Assembly: GCA_963847705.1 (NCBI GenBank)
Contig: CAWKBC010000014.1
Span: 64,001-128,000, forward strand
From: an uncultured Pseudomonadota bacterium
GTDB lineage: Bacteria; Myxococcota_A; Polyangia; Fen-1088
Length of the DNA stretch: 64,000 nt
Direction of reading: 5' to 3'
Below the pieces are notes generated by a model that saw only the letters and a program-made list of their open reading frames with translations, was not told the origin of the DNA and made no database searches. The position numbers were made by a program, and so were the translations under genes. Each line of letters begins with the position of its first letter. The stretch's first letter is position 1. This document shows, in pieces, positions 9,334 to 20,450 of this stretch.

Positions 9334-10539
9334 TCAGGCCTTGGTCCCCACCCGGATCTGGCAGACCTCGAGGTAGCGCGCCGCGGGCCAGTTGACCGGC
9401 GTCGGGTAGTCGGGCGGCAGGCCGCCGAGCTCGAGGAGCTGGGCGTCGCGCTTGGCCAGGGCCAGCCCGGCGTCGACATGTTTGAGGACGCTGGGGCCCC
9501 GGCGGGTGTTGGACGAGATCCAGAGGTGGCCGCCCTCCTCGGGGACGAGGGCGCAGGCGGCGGCGATGAGCTCGGGGTAGTCGCGCTTTTGCGCCCAGAG
9601 CGAGGCCCGCGCGCCCGACACCGTCGGCGGATCGAGGATGACGACGTCGTAGCTCGCGCGGCGATCCTGCTCGGCCTCCAGAAAGCGGAAGACGTCGGAG
9701 ACCTCCCAGCGGTGCGGGGTCGGGTCCAATCCGGAGAGCGCGAAGTTGGCGCGCGCCCAGGCGAGGGGGCCGGCGGCCAGATCGACGCTGGTGATCTGGG
9801 CGGCGCCGGCGCGCGCGGCGGCGACGGACAGCGCCCCCGTGTACGCGAAGGTGTTGAGGACACGCTTGCCGCGGACGAAGCGGCCGAGGCCCGCGCGGTG
9901 CTCGCGCATGTCGGTGAAGAGCCCCACGTTGAGGCCGCCCCGCAGGTGGACCTCGTAGGGGACGCCCGACTCGTGGACGATCAGCTTGTCGGGCGGGGTC
10001 TCGCCGACGACGTCGTCCTTGGCGCGCTCGGGGCTGTTGCCGGTCCCCTTGAGGCGCGCTTTCAGGACCGCGCCGCGCAAGGGCAGCCCGGCGGCGGGGA
10101 ACATCTCCAGCGCGCACTGCGCCAGCAGGCGGGCGTGGCCGAGGAGCCCCCGCGACAGCGCGTTCACCACGGCGAAGGGGCCGTAGATGTCGACGGTCAG
10201 TCCCGAGAGGCCGTCGCCTTCCCCGTTGACCAGACGATAGGCCGACGCGCCGTCGCAGAGGCCCAGCGTGCGGCGATGTGCGAAGGCGGCGGCCAGCTTG
10301 CCGCGCAGAAAGGCGGCGTCGGGGGCGCGGCTGTCGTCGCCGTGAGACCAGACGCGCACCAGCTCGTTTTCGGGGTCGGCCACCCCGATGGCGCGCGTCG
10401 CTCCGCGCGCGTCGAGGAGGCGCACCGGGCGGCCCGGCTCGAGATCGCGGGACGAAACGTCGGAGAGCGCGAGCTGGGGCGGGCGCGCGGCGAGGCGCTC
10501 CTCACCCATCAGGGTGAGGCTGAGGCCGAGGAGCGGCAT
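9334..10539 (-). CDS. Class I SAM-dependent rRNA methyltransferase (RlmI/RlmK-like)
   Basis: YRLVNGEGDGLSGL, GLFTDMRE, VLNTFAYTGALS, VILDPPT. Confidence 0.85.
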   Translation of the reverse strand: MPLLGLSLTLMGEERLAARPPQLALSDVSSRDLEPGRPVRLLDARGATRAIGVADPENELVRVWSHGDDSRAPDAAFLRGKLAAAFAHRRTLGLCDGASAYRLVNGEGDGLSGLTVDIYGPFAVVNALSRGLLGHARLLAQCALEMFPAAGLPLRGAVLKARLKGTGNSPERAKDDVVGETPPDKLIVHESGVPYEVHLRGGLNVGLFTDMREHRAGLGRFVRGKRVLNTFAYTGALSVAAARAGAAQITSVDLAAGPLAWARANFALSGLDPTPHRWEVSDVFRFLEAEQDRRASYDVVILDPPTVSGARASLWAQKRDYPELIAAACALVPEEGGHLWISSNTRRGPSVLKHVDAGLALAKRDAQLLELGGLPPDYPTPVNWPAARYLEVCQIRVGTKA

Positions 10540-10578
10540 CAGGAGGGCGCGCGGCCAGAGCCTGGCCTCATCCCCGGG

Positions 10579-10890
10579 TCAGCCGGCGACGAGCTTCTTG
10601 AGCTCGCCGCGGGCGTGCAGGTCGCGCACGATGTCAGCGCCGCCGACCAGCTTGCCGTCGACGTAGAGCTGCGGGAAGGTCGGCCAGCTCGAATATTCCT
10701 TCAGCCCCTCACGCAGCTCCTGGTCGGCGAGGATGTTGAACGACTCGAACGGGGTCCCGATCTCCTTGAGCACGCCGACCACGGCGGCGGAGAAGCCACA
10801 CTGAGGCATGGCTGGGTTCCCCTTCATGAACAGCATCACACGTCCCTTGGCGATGGTGGCGGCAATGCGTTGCTTGAGCGGCTCGGTCAC
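10579..10890 (-). CDS. grxD: Monothiol glutaredoxin Grx4
   Basis: [26 protein letters not shown]. Confidence 0.95.
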   Translation of the reverse strand: MTEPLKQRIAATIAKGRVMLFMKGNPAMPQCGFSAAVVGVLKEIGTPFESFNILADQELREGLKEYSSWPTFPQLYVDGKLVGGADIVRDLHARGELKKLVAG

Positions 10891-10922
10891 GGGTGACTCC
10901 TTCTCGGCGGGTGGCGGGGTGG

Positions 10923-11174
10923 CTATTTGCGCCGATATTCTTCGGGGGTTTCGGTGGTCAACGCCAGGGCGTGAATCGGCGCGCGCGGGCCGTGGATGAC
11001 CTCGGCCAGCGCCGCGTAGACCAGGCGGTGCCGGTCGACCAGCCCCTTGTCGGCGAACGCCGACGAGACGACGGTGGCCGAAAAGTGGTCGCCGCCCCCG
11101 GTGGTGTCGACGATCCGCACCTCGGCGTCGGGGAGGGCCTTCTGGATGCGCGCGGTGATGTCCTCTGGCGTCAT
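10923..11174 (-). CDS. bolA: BolA family protein
   Basis: GDHF..VVSSAF, RHRLVY, IHALAL; adjacent to Grx4. Confidence 0.9.
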   Translation of the reverse strand: MTPEDITARIQKALPDAEVRIVDTTGGGDHFSATVVSSAFADKGLVDRHRLVYAALAEVIHGPRAPIHALALTTETPEEYRRK

Positions 11175-11222
11175 GGTCGGTTGCCCGGCCTATATAGCAT
11201 GCAGCGCTATAATGGCCGCTCG

Positions 11223-12932
11223 ATGACGTTGGGGACGCGCGTAACCGTGGTGGTGACGCTGCTGGTGGCAGCGGTGCTCGCCGGCTCGGGCTACGCCGCG
11301 CTCAAGGTCCGACGCGCCAACCTGGAGGCCGATCTCGATCGGGAGGCGCACGAGATCGCCACCGCCCTGCGCGCCGGCATCGAGCCGCTCGATCCGGGCA
11401 CGGCCGAAGAGATGTTGCTGGCGCGCGCCCGGGCGGCCCGCAAGCACGACGAGCTGTTCGGGCTGGAGCTGCTGTCGATCGGCAGCGACCAGCGCACCGA
11501 CGACGACGCCTGGCTCTTGCTCATGCGCGCGGCCGACATCCAGGACGCGCCGGTCGGCCGCCTGTTCGATTCCTCGTCGGGGCCGCGCTCGTACGCGATG
11601 GCGGTGCCGCTGTTCGACGCCGCCGCGCTGGAGCTGCCGCCGCGCCACCCGGCCCGCCACCCCACGGCGATCATGGGGATGCGGCGCGACGCCGGCTACA
11701 TCGACGCCGAGGTGGCGGCCACCGCGCGCCGGATCTACCCGCTCTTTCTGCTGGTGGTGATCGGCGTGGCGATCGGCGTTCGCTTCGCGATCGAGCAGAT
11801 CGTGGTGCGGCCGCTGCGGCGGCTGCTGGAAGGGATCGACGCCGTGGGCAAGGGGGATCTCTCGCGCGTCATCCTGGCCGAACGGGACGACGAGATCGGG
11901 ACGATCGCCGGACGGTTCAACGCCATGACCGGGTCGCTGCGGGAGGCGCGCGAGGAGACCGAACGGGTGGCGGGCGCCCGCCTCGGCCTGGAAGCGCGGC
12001 TGCGCCAGTCGGAGAAATTGGCGACCATCGGCCAGATGGCAGCAGAGATCGCGCACGAGCTGGGTACCCCCCTCAACGTCATCGGCGGCCGCGCGCGGGC
12101 GATGGCCAAACGCGCGGAGAAGGCAGCGCAGCGGGCGGCAGGCCTGCCGACCGAGAGCGGGGCCGTCGAGCTTCAGCCGGTCGCCGTCAAGGGGGCCGAC
12201 GCGGCCGACGTGGTCAAGAACGCCACCATCATCGGCGACGAGGTCGCGCGCATCACCAAGATCATCCGCCAGGTGCTCGACTTCTCGCGCCCGCGCGGAC
12301 CGACGGTCACCCGGGTGCACCTCGGCGCGGTGGTGGCCGAGGCGCTGGAGTTCCTGCGCGAGACGATCAACCGCCAGGGGATCGAGGTCGACGTCCAGAC
12401 GATGCCGGCGCCGCCGGAGGTCCCGGGCGATCCCGATCAGATCCAGCAGGTCTGCCTCAACCTGATCATGAACGCGATCCACGCCATGCCGGACGGCGGC
12501 AAGCTGCGGGTGGCGACGGAGCGGATGGTGCGGCGCAAAGGGGGGCTCGATCTGGCGCCCCCCGCCGAGTACGCCGCGCTGGTCGTCGCCGACAGCGGGC
12601 CCGGGATCCCGGCCGCCGATCGGGAGAAGATCTTCGAGCCGTTCTTCACCACCAAGGATGAGGGACAGGGGACCGGCCTCGGCCTGGCGGTGAGCCACGG
12701 AATCGTCAAGGACCACGACGGCTGGATCGAGGTCGACAGTCCGGCCACAGGCGGCGCCGAGTTCCGGGTCTACCTGCCGATCGACACGGGAACCCTGATT
12801 GGGTTCCCGCACCCTCCCGCGACGGACCACGCCGGGCAAAGCCCAGCTTCGTCCACGCGATCGACCTCGGCAGTTGACGAGTCCTTCCCTGGATCCGACC
12901 TTGCCGAAATGAGATCGATCGGCAAGGATTGA
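11223..12932 (+). CDS. HAMP-domain sensor histidine kinase
   Basis: Two TM segments, [13 protein letters not shown]-box, NLIMNA, DSGPGI, FFTTK, GTGLGL. Confidence 0.92.
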   Translation: MTLGTRVTVVVTLLVAAVLAGSGYAALKVRRANLEADLDREAHEIATALRAGIEPLDPGTAEEMLLARARAARKHDELFGLELLSIGSDQRTDDDAWLLLMRAADIQDAPVGRLFDSSSGPRSYAMAVPLFDAAALELPPRHPARHPTAIMGMRRDAGYIDAEVAATARRIYPLFLLVVIGVAIGVRFAIEQIVVRPLRRLLEGIDAVGKGDLSRVILAERDDEIGTIAGRFNAMTGSLREAREETERVAGARLGLEARLRQSEKLATIGQMAAEIAHELGTPLNVIGGRARAMAKRAEKAAQRAAGLPTESGAVELQPVAVKGADAADVVKNATIIGDEVARITKIIRQVLDFSRPRGPTVTRVHLGAVVAEALEFLRETINRQGIEVDVQTMPAPPEVPGDPDQIQQVCLNLIMNAIHAMPDGGKLRVATERMVRRKGGLDLAPPAEYAALVVADSGPGIPAADREKIFEPFFTTKDEGQGTGLGLAVSHGIVKDHDGWIEVDSPATGGAEFRVYLPIDTGTLIGFPHPPATDHAGQSPASSTRSTSAVDESFPGSDLAEMRSIGKD

Positions 12933-12933
12933 G

Positions 12934-14408
<1,475 letters not shown>

Positions 14409-14412
<4 letters not shown>

Positions 14413-15095
14413 GCGACGGGGCATCCCTGGTCAGCCTGGAGGCCCAAGCGGAGCCGGCGGAGGAGCTGCTGCGCGCGCCGGCCTCTGGCCAGTCCTGCGT
14501 TCACTGGCGCCTGCGCGTCGTCGAGCACCTGACGGCGCGGACCGAGCTGGTCCACGACCTCGCCTCGCCCGAGATCTTCGAATTGGCCTGGGGCGGCGCG
14601 CCCGACGGGGCAAGGGGACGTACGCCGGTCCGCATCCGCCTCGATCCCGAGACGGCGCGCATCGAGGCGACGCCGACGCTGCACCGGGCGGGGACCCCTG
14701 GCGCGGAGGCGGTGGCGCGCGCCTTCGGCTTCCGGGGCGCGGTCACCGTCGAGGAGGTGATCATCCGGGCCGGCGACACCGTCACCGCCGATGGTCTCTT
14801 GCAGGATCTCGCCTACGGCGCGGGTCCCTTCCGCGCGCCGAGCGGCGCGCTGGCGCTGTACGAGGCGACGGTGCGTCTGCCGTCGCGGGGCCTGGCGCCG
14901 GCGGCCCTCATCCCCTGGGCGTTCGGCACCGCGGCCGCACTCCTCGGCGGGATGGGGCTGGCGACCTGGGCGGCCTGGCGCTACCACCTGGCGCACCTGC
15001 CGCAGGCGACCGCCTGGCGCATGGGCTCGTTGCCGATGTCGTCCGCGCCGGCGCAGCTCTCCGCACCCGAGATCCCGCGCCCGCGATTTCCGTAG
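14409..15095 (+). CDS. Hypothetical protein with C-terminal TM helix
   Basis: ATGA overlap with upstream regulator; codon bias. Confidence 0.6.
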
Positions 15096-15178
15096 GGCGC
15101 CAGGCCGTCGGGCCCACGTTCTCGTTGGCGGCGCTCACCTTTGCCTCACTGCGAGGCCTTGCTGGCCTGGCTGGCGCC
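15096..15178 (-). repeat. Diverged family-2 element bounded by GGCGCCAG...CTGGCGCC inverted ends
   Basis: Reverse strand aggcaaaggtgagcgccgccaacgagaacgtgggcccgac; 8-bp inverted ends at 15096-15103 and 15171-15178. Confidence 0.65.
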
Positions 15179-15186
15179 GGCGGAAC

Positions 15187-15825
15187 TTACCTGGCCGCAG
15201 GTCCCGTCGGCCCCGCGGGCGGCCGGCAGTCCCTGCTGTAGCGCGACGCCAGGGCGACCGCCTCGGGATCGCCCCGGACGAGCGACATGTACTCCTGGAA
15301 GGCCGCCCGGGCCTCGTCGCAGCGACCAGCCTCCGCCAGCGTGTGGGCGCGCCCGAAGACGGCCACCGATTGCCCCCACCGGTCGCCGGGGGCGAAATGC
15401 TGCTGAGCCGCGAGCAGCGCCACCAGCGCGCCGTTGGTCTCGCCCACCCGCGCCAGCGCCATCCCCTTGTCGTAGTAGGGCCAGGGATCCCTGGCGTCGG
15501 CGCGGATCGCCTGATCGGCCAGCTTCAGCGAGTCCTGGGGGTCGCCCTTCATCTCGGCCGTCGCGGCCCGACTGGCCAGCTCAGCCGAGGCAGGCGTTGA
15601 GGGCTCCGCATGGATGTTTTCGGGGGCCTTCAATTCCCCCGGCGCCACCGCGGGCGCGGTCATCGCCGCGGGCGCCGTGGACCCCGCGGGCGCCGCCGAT
15701 GCCCCGGGGGCCGTCGCCGCCGGGGGCGGCGCCGTCACTGCCGCCGGCCCCGTCGCCTCCTCCGCGCGTGCGGCACCTGTCACCACCAAAATCCCAAATG
15801 CCAGAGTCCCCATCAACAACCTCAT
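15187..15825 (-). CDS. Secreted TPR-repeat protein
   Basis: GAGGAGG RBS, signal peptide, Ala/Pro linker, TPR-like PWPYYDKGMALARVG. Confidence 0.7.
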   Translation of the reverse strand: MRLLMGTLAFGILVVTGAARAEEATGPAAVTAPPPAATAPGASAAPAGSTAPAAMTAPAVAPGELKAPENIHAEPSTPASAELASRAATAEMKGDPQDSLKLADQAIRADARDPWPYYDKGMALARVGETNGALVALLAAQQHFAPGDRWGQSVAVFGRAHTLAEAGRCDEARAAFQEYMSLVRGDPEAVALASRYSRDCRPPAGPTGPAAR

Positions 15826-15910
15826 GCCCGCCCTCCTCGTCGCCAACGTAAGCATTGCCGCCGGGGCCGGCGGCGGTGCTCACGGCTCAGCGGCGTCTCA
15901 CCGCCGGCGG

Positions 15911-16576
15911 TCACGATTTTGAGGCGGCGGGTGCGTCCGGCTGAGCGTCGGGGTGCGCTTTGGTGAACGCGGGCAGCGCGGCGCAAGCTGCCTCGACCAG
16001 CAGGAGCATCGGGAACGCCGAGAGATCGAGGTTGAATCGGCGCCCCGCGTAGAGCTGCGGGACGAGATAGAGATCCGCGATCGTCGGCGCTTCGCCGACC
16101 AGGAAAGTCCCGGCCGTCTCGCCGGCGACAGCCTCGATGGCGCCGAGGCCGCGCGCGATGTGGTGGCGCGCGAGCTCCCTCGGCTCGGCGAGACCGCTCT
16201 CCTGCAGGCGCTGCAAGAACGAGAGGTTCTGCATCGGTTGGATCCCGGCGTTCACCATCTCGCTCAGCTGGCGGGCACGCGCCCGGCGCCAGGGATCGGC
16301 CGGGAGCAAAGCAGGCGCAGGAAACCGCTCCTCGAGGTACTCGAGAATCGCCATCGACTGGGTGAGCGCGCGCGGCGGGCCGGGCGGCTCGTCGAGCACC
16401 AGCACCGGCACCTGGCACATCGGGTTGAGCGCGCGAAAGTCGGCGCTGTGCTGCGCACCGGCCCCCCCGGGGGGAGCGAGGTTGACCACCCGCCGCTCGA
16501 CGGTGATCTGCTTGATGTTGAGCGCGATCCTCACCCGCCAGGCGGAGCTCGAGCGCCAGTAGTCGTAGAAGATCAA
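15911..16576 (-). CDS. maiA: Maleylacetoacetate isomerase (zeta GST)
   Basis: YWRSSSAWRVRIAL, QVPVL, QSMAILEYLEE, GIQPMQN. Confidence 0.92.
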   Translation of the reverse strand: MIFYDYWRSSSAWRVRIALNIKQITVERRVVNLAPPGGAGAQHSADFRALNPMCQVPVLVLDEPPGPPRALTQSMAILEYLEERFPAPALLPADPWRRARARQLSEMVNAGIQPMQNLSFLQRLQESGLAEPRELARHHIARGLGAIEAVAGETAGTFLVGEAPTIADLYLVPQLYAGRRFNLDLSAFPMLLLVEAACAALPAFTKAHPDAQPDAPAASKS

Positions 16577-17565
16577 CCGCTCACCACCCGCGCGGCGATC
16601 CGCCCGAAGAGATCGCGCCCGCCGGCGTCGGACATCTCGATGGCGACGGCGTCCCCGGCGGCGAGGTACGGCGTCACCGGCGAGCCGCCGGAGATGGTCT
16701 CTCGGGCGCGCAGCTCGACGAGGCAGGAGACGCCGCGCGCCGGATCGGCGTTGGAGACGGTGCCGCTCCCCAGGATGGTTCCCGCGCAGAGGCTGCGGGT
16801 GTGCGCCAGGTGCGCGATGAGATCGAAGAATGAAAAGTGCATCTCGGCGCCAGCGTCCGGATCACCGACCAGGTGCGCGCCGCCGCCCGCCCGCTTGAGC
16901 GTGGTGCGGAGCCGCAGGTGGACCCGCCCGTCGCGCCAGGCGCCCCCCAGCTCGTCGGGCGTCACCGCGAACGGGGAGAAGGCGGTCGCCGGCTTGGACT
17001 GGAAGAACCCGAACCCCTTGGCCAGCTCGCCCGGGACCAGGTTCCGCAGCGTGACGTCGTTGGCCAGCATCAGGAGGCGCACCTGGGCGGCCGCCGCGGC
17101 GGTGGTCGTTCCGCGCGGAACGTCGCCCAGGATCACCGCCACCTCGCTCTCGAAGTCGAGCCCCCACTCGGCATCGGCCAGAGTCAGATCGTCGCGCGGG
17201 CCGAGCAGGACGCCCGAGCCGCCCTGGTAGACGAGCGGATCGATCTCCAGCGTCGGCGGTGGCGTGGCGCCGCGCGCCCGGCGGACCAGCCGGACGTGGT
17301 TCAGGAAGGCCGACCCGTCGATCCACTCGTAGGCACGCGGCAGGGGTGGACCGAGCCGCGTCTCGTCGAGGGGCTGGGCCTCCACGGTACCGGCGTCGAG
17401 CCGGACCGCCAGCGCCGCCAGCGCGGGTGCGGCGCGCGGCCAGTCGTCGAGCGCGGCCTGAAGCGTGGGCGCGATCTCCGCCGCCCGCGCGCAGCTCCGG
17501 CCGTCCCGCCCGACCACCAGCAGCGCACCATCACGCGTCCCATCGCGCAGCGTCGCCAGCCTCAC
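16573..17565 (-). CDS. Fumarylacetoacetate hydrolase family protein
   Basis: RLATLRDGTRDG, DFESEVAV, ANDVTLRN, KGFGFFQSKP, GSGTVSN; coupled to maiA. Confidence 0.9.
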   Translation of the reverse strand: MRLATLRDGTRDGALLVVGRDGRSCARAAEIAPTLQAALDDWPRAAPALAALAVRLDAGTVEAQPLDETRLGPPLPRAYEWIDGSAFLNHVRLVRRARGATPPPTLEIDPLVYQGGSGVLLGPRDDLTLADAEWGLDFESEVAVILGDVPRGTTTAAAAAQVRLLMLANDVTLRNLVPGELAKGFGFFQSKPATAFSPFAVTPDELGGAWRDGRVHLRLRTTLKRAGGGAHLVGDPDAGAEMHFSFFDLIAHLAHTRSLCAGTILGSGTVSNADPARGVSCLVELRARETISGGSPVTPYLAAGDAVAIEMSDAGGRDLFGRIAARVVSG

Positions 17566-17592
17566 GCATCGAGTGTAGTAAGCTCCCGCGCG

Positions 17593-18708
17593 ATGGCCAA
17601 GGACCCCCCTGTCGATCCCGAAAAGCTGAAACAGGAGCTGGCCGAGCTGCGCACCAAGATCGACGGCGCCGACGACGCCATCTTGGCCCTGCTCAACCAA
17701 CGCGCCGAGCACGTCCGTCGCGTGGCCGACCTGAAGACCGCCATTTCGGTCCCGTTCTACGTCCCCTCGCGCGAGCGGCAGATCGCCGAGCGCCTGGCCG
17801 CGGCCAACCCCGGCCCCTTCCCCTCCGAGTCGATTCGCTCGGTGTTCCAGGAGATCTTCAGCGCCTGCCTGACCCTGGAGAAGCGCGTCCGCGTCGCCTA
17901 TCTCGGCCCCGAGGGGACCTTCTCGGACATCGCGGTCAAGAAGCAGTTCGGCCTCTCCGCGCGCTCGGTCCCCATGGGGACGATCCCCTCGGTGTTCGAG
18001 GAGGTCGAGCGCGGCAACGCCGACTACGGCGTCGTCCCGGTCGAGAACACGACCGAAGGGATGATCACCCACACCCTGGACACCTTCCTCGACAGCGACC
18101 TCAAGGTCTGCGCCGAGATCGCGCTGGAGGTGAACATGTGCCTGCTCACCCGGCCGGACGTGACCGTGGCGCAGATCGAGCGGGTCTATTCCATCCCCGT
18201 CGCGCTGGCGCAGGTGCGGCGCTGGCTGGGCGCCAACCTTCCGAACGCCACCCTGGTGGAGTCCCGCTCGACCGCCGAGGCCGCGCGCCTGGCGCGCGAC
18301 GACGCCCGCGGCGCCGCCATCGGCTCGGAGCTGGCGGCCAAGCTCAACGAGCTGGTGGTGCTGCGCCGCAAGATCGAAGACCTGGCCCACAACATGACGC
18401 GCTTCCTGGTGCTGGGCCGCGACCAGGCCGAGCCGACCGGGCGCGACAAGACCTCGCTGCTGCTGGTGACCCGCGACGAGCCGGGGATCCTCTACCGGGT
18501 GCTGGGGGCGTTCGCCGAGCGCGGGCTCAACATGACCAAGATCGAGAGCCGCCCCTCGCGCCGCCGCCCCTGGGAGTACGTCTTCTTCGTCGACATCGAC
18601 GGACACGAACGTGACGAGCCGGTCGCCACCGCCATCGCCGACGTCCGCAAGGCCTCGGAGACGGTCAAGGTGCTCGGGTCCTACCCGCGCGCCGACGCGC
18701 GCAGCTGA
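17593..18708 (+). CDS. pheA: Chorismate mutase/prephenate dehydratase
   Basis: CM_2 N-terminus, YLGPEGTFS, VPVENTTEG, NMTRFLV, ACT domain NMTKIESRPS. Confidence 0.95.
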   Translation: MAKDPPVDPEKLKQELAELRTKIDGADDAILALLNQRAEHVRRVADLKTAISVPFYVPSRERQIAERLAAANPGPFPSESIRSVFQEIFSACLTLEKRVRVAYLGPEGTFSDIAVKKQFGLSARSVPMGTIPSVFEEVERGNADYGVVPVENTTEGMITHTLDTFLDSDLKVCAEIALEVNMCLLTRPDVTVAQIERVYSIPVALAQVRRWLGANLPNATLVESRSTAEAARLARDDARGAAIGSELAAKLNELVVLRRKIEDLAHNMTRFLVLGRDQAEPTGRDKTSLLLVTRDEPGILYRVLGAFAERGLNMTKIESRPSRRRPWEYVFFVDIDGHERDEPVATAIADVRKASETVKVLGSYPRADARS

Positions 18709-18840
18709 TCCGCTCCACGCTCGCGCGAAGCTCGACGTCGAAGAGCGAAGGCCAGCCAAGCATTGCGGGCGCGTCGCGTCGCAACAACCGAAGTCCGCGC
18801 GCGTGCGCCGCTTAGCCACGAATCGCAGGGATTCCTGAAC

Positions 18841-18863
18841 GCTGTTGTGGATCTCACAACAGC
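18841..18863. promoter_or_regulatory. Perfect 9-bp inverted repeat, candidate operator
   Basis: gctgttgtg-gatct-cacaacagc, 8 bp upstream of a sigma-28-type -35 box. Confidence 0.5.
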
Positions 18864-18871
18864 TGATTTGC

Positions 18872-18899
18872 TCAAGGGGAATTTCCGCGCGGCCGATGA
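18872..18899 (+). promoter_or_regulatory. Putative sigma-28 (FliA) promoter
   Basis: TCAAG-N15-GCCGATGA just before ATG 18909. Confidence 0.65.
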
Positions 18900-18908
18900 A
18901 CCGTGCAG

Positions 18909-20225
18909 ATGCCGAAACAGATCCTCATCGTCGACGACGATCCCGCGCTCCGCGCGGAGCTCGCGCGGCTGGTGAGGTCGCTCGACGGCGAGCCGGTGAC
19001 CTGCGCCAGCGCGGCCGAGGCGATCGCGCGGCTCTGCGAAGGCGAGATCGACCTCTGCCTGGTGGACCTCGATCTGCCCGCCGCCGAAGGAACGGCCGTC
19101 GTCCTCAAGGCGCGGGCCTGCCGCCCGCCGATCGCGGCTCTCGCCCTCACGGCCCGCGGCGCGGGGGCCGTCGAGGCGTTGCGCGCCGGGGCGGCCGAGA
19201 TCGTCGCCAAGCCCTTCTCGCCCACCCGCCTCACGGCGCTCCTTCGCCGCCACACCGACGACGGGGCCGCACGACGCGCGTCCGGCGCCGGGGCGGTGAT
19301 TGGCGATCACCCTCGTGTTCGTGAGGCCCTGGAACGCGTCGACCAGATCGCCGCCACGGATCTCCCCATCCTCTTGCAGGGCGAGCCGGGGACCGGCAAG
19401 GAAACGATGGCACGCCTCATTCACCACGCGAGCGCCCACCGTGACGGACCGTTCGTGGCCGTCAATCTGGCGGCGGTGAACCTGGCGGCAATCCCGGAGG
19501 TGCTCGCCGGCCTCTCGGGCGAGCACGAGCGGCCCCGCTCCGGCTGGATGGCCGCCGCCCGGGGGGGGACCATCTTTCTGGAGGCGATCGAGGAGCTCCC
19601 GGCCGAGGCCCAGCGGAAGCTGGTGCGCGCGCTCCGGGAGGGGACCGTGACCTCCGCAGACGGCGTTTCCGTTCCGCTGGAGGCGCGCATCGTCGCCGCC
19701 ACCTGCGGCGACCTCGGCGAGCTGGTCGCCGCCGGCGGGTTCGACGCGGAGCTGCAGGCCCTGCTCGTTGCGGCCCGCATCGAGCTGCCGCCCCTGCGCG
19801 AGCGGCGCGAGGACATTCCGGCGCTGGCGGAGCACTTCCGCCGCCAGGTCAACGCGCGCGAGGGGCGCCGGGTCCCCGGGTTCGCGCTCGACGTGATGCA
19901 CCGGTTCTCCCAGCACGGCTGGCCGGGCAACGTCCGCGAGCTCGAGTACCTCTGCGAGCGGCTGGTGGTGATGGCCGGGACCCGGATGATCGTGATGAAG
20001 GACCTGCCGTCCTACCTGCGGATCCAGGTGATCGACTTCGAGCGGGCCACCCGCCGGCTGCCGGCGACCGGCGTCGATCTGCGCGAGCTCCTGACCGAGC
20101 TCGAGGAGCGCTTCATCGCCGAGGCGCTGGCGCGCACCGGCGGGAATCGAAACCGCGCCGCCGATCTGCTTGGATTGAATCGGACCACCCTGGTCGAAAA
20201 ACTTCGTCGCCGGTTCGTCGCCTAA
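18909..20225 (+). CDS. FleQ/FlrA-like REC-AAA+-HTH regulator with degenerate sigma-54 interaction domain
   Basis: REC domain, Walker [33 protein letters not shown]; GAFTGA absent and Walker B reads FLEAIEE. Confidence 0.85.
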   Translation: MPKQILIVDDDPALRAELARLVRSLDGEPVTCASAAEAIARLCEGEIDLCLVDLDLPAAEGTAVVLKARACRPPIAALALTARGAGAVEALRAGAAEIVAKPFSPTRLTALLRRHTDDGAARRASGAGAVIGDHPRVREALERVDQIAATDLPILLQGEPGTGKETMARLIHHASAHRDGPFVAVNLAAVNLAAIPEVLAGLSGEHERPRSGWMAAARGGTIFLEAIEELPAEAQRKLVRALREGTVTSADGVSVPLEARIVAATCGDLGELVAAGGFDAELQALLVAARIELPPLRERREDIPALAEHFRRQVNAREGRRVPGFALDVMHRFSQHGWPGNVRELEYLCERLVVMAGTRMIVMKDLPSYLRIQVIDFERATRRLPATGVDLRELLTELEERFIAEALARTGGNRNRAADLLGLNRTTLVEKLRRRFVA

Positions 20226-20421
20226 ACGAAGCCAAAAACACACATCTCCGTCGGTGAGCGCCACCCTCGCTCACCCGCTCCGGATGCCTTCACGTCGGGA
20301 TCCTGGAGACCGTCACCGGGTTGACGGCGTCAACAACCTGGAACCGCCAATCCGTTGACGGTCGCCGCCGACCGTCGCTGCGAACTCGGCGCGGAATGCG
20401 GCGGAGAGGACGCCACGAACG

Positions 20422-20437
20422 TGGCACGCGGTGTGCT
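20422..20437 (+). promoter_or_regulatory. Putative sigma-54 (-24/-12) promoter of fliA
   Basis: TGGCAC-GCGGT-GTGCT with GG-N10-GC spacing. Confidence 0.55.
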
Positions 20438-20450
20438 CAAGCGGAGAGGC

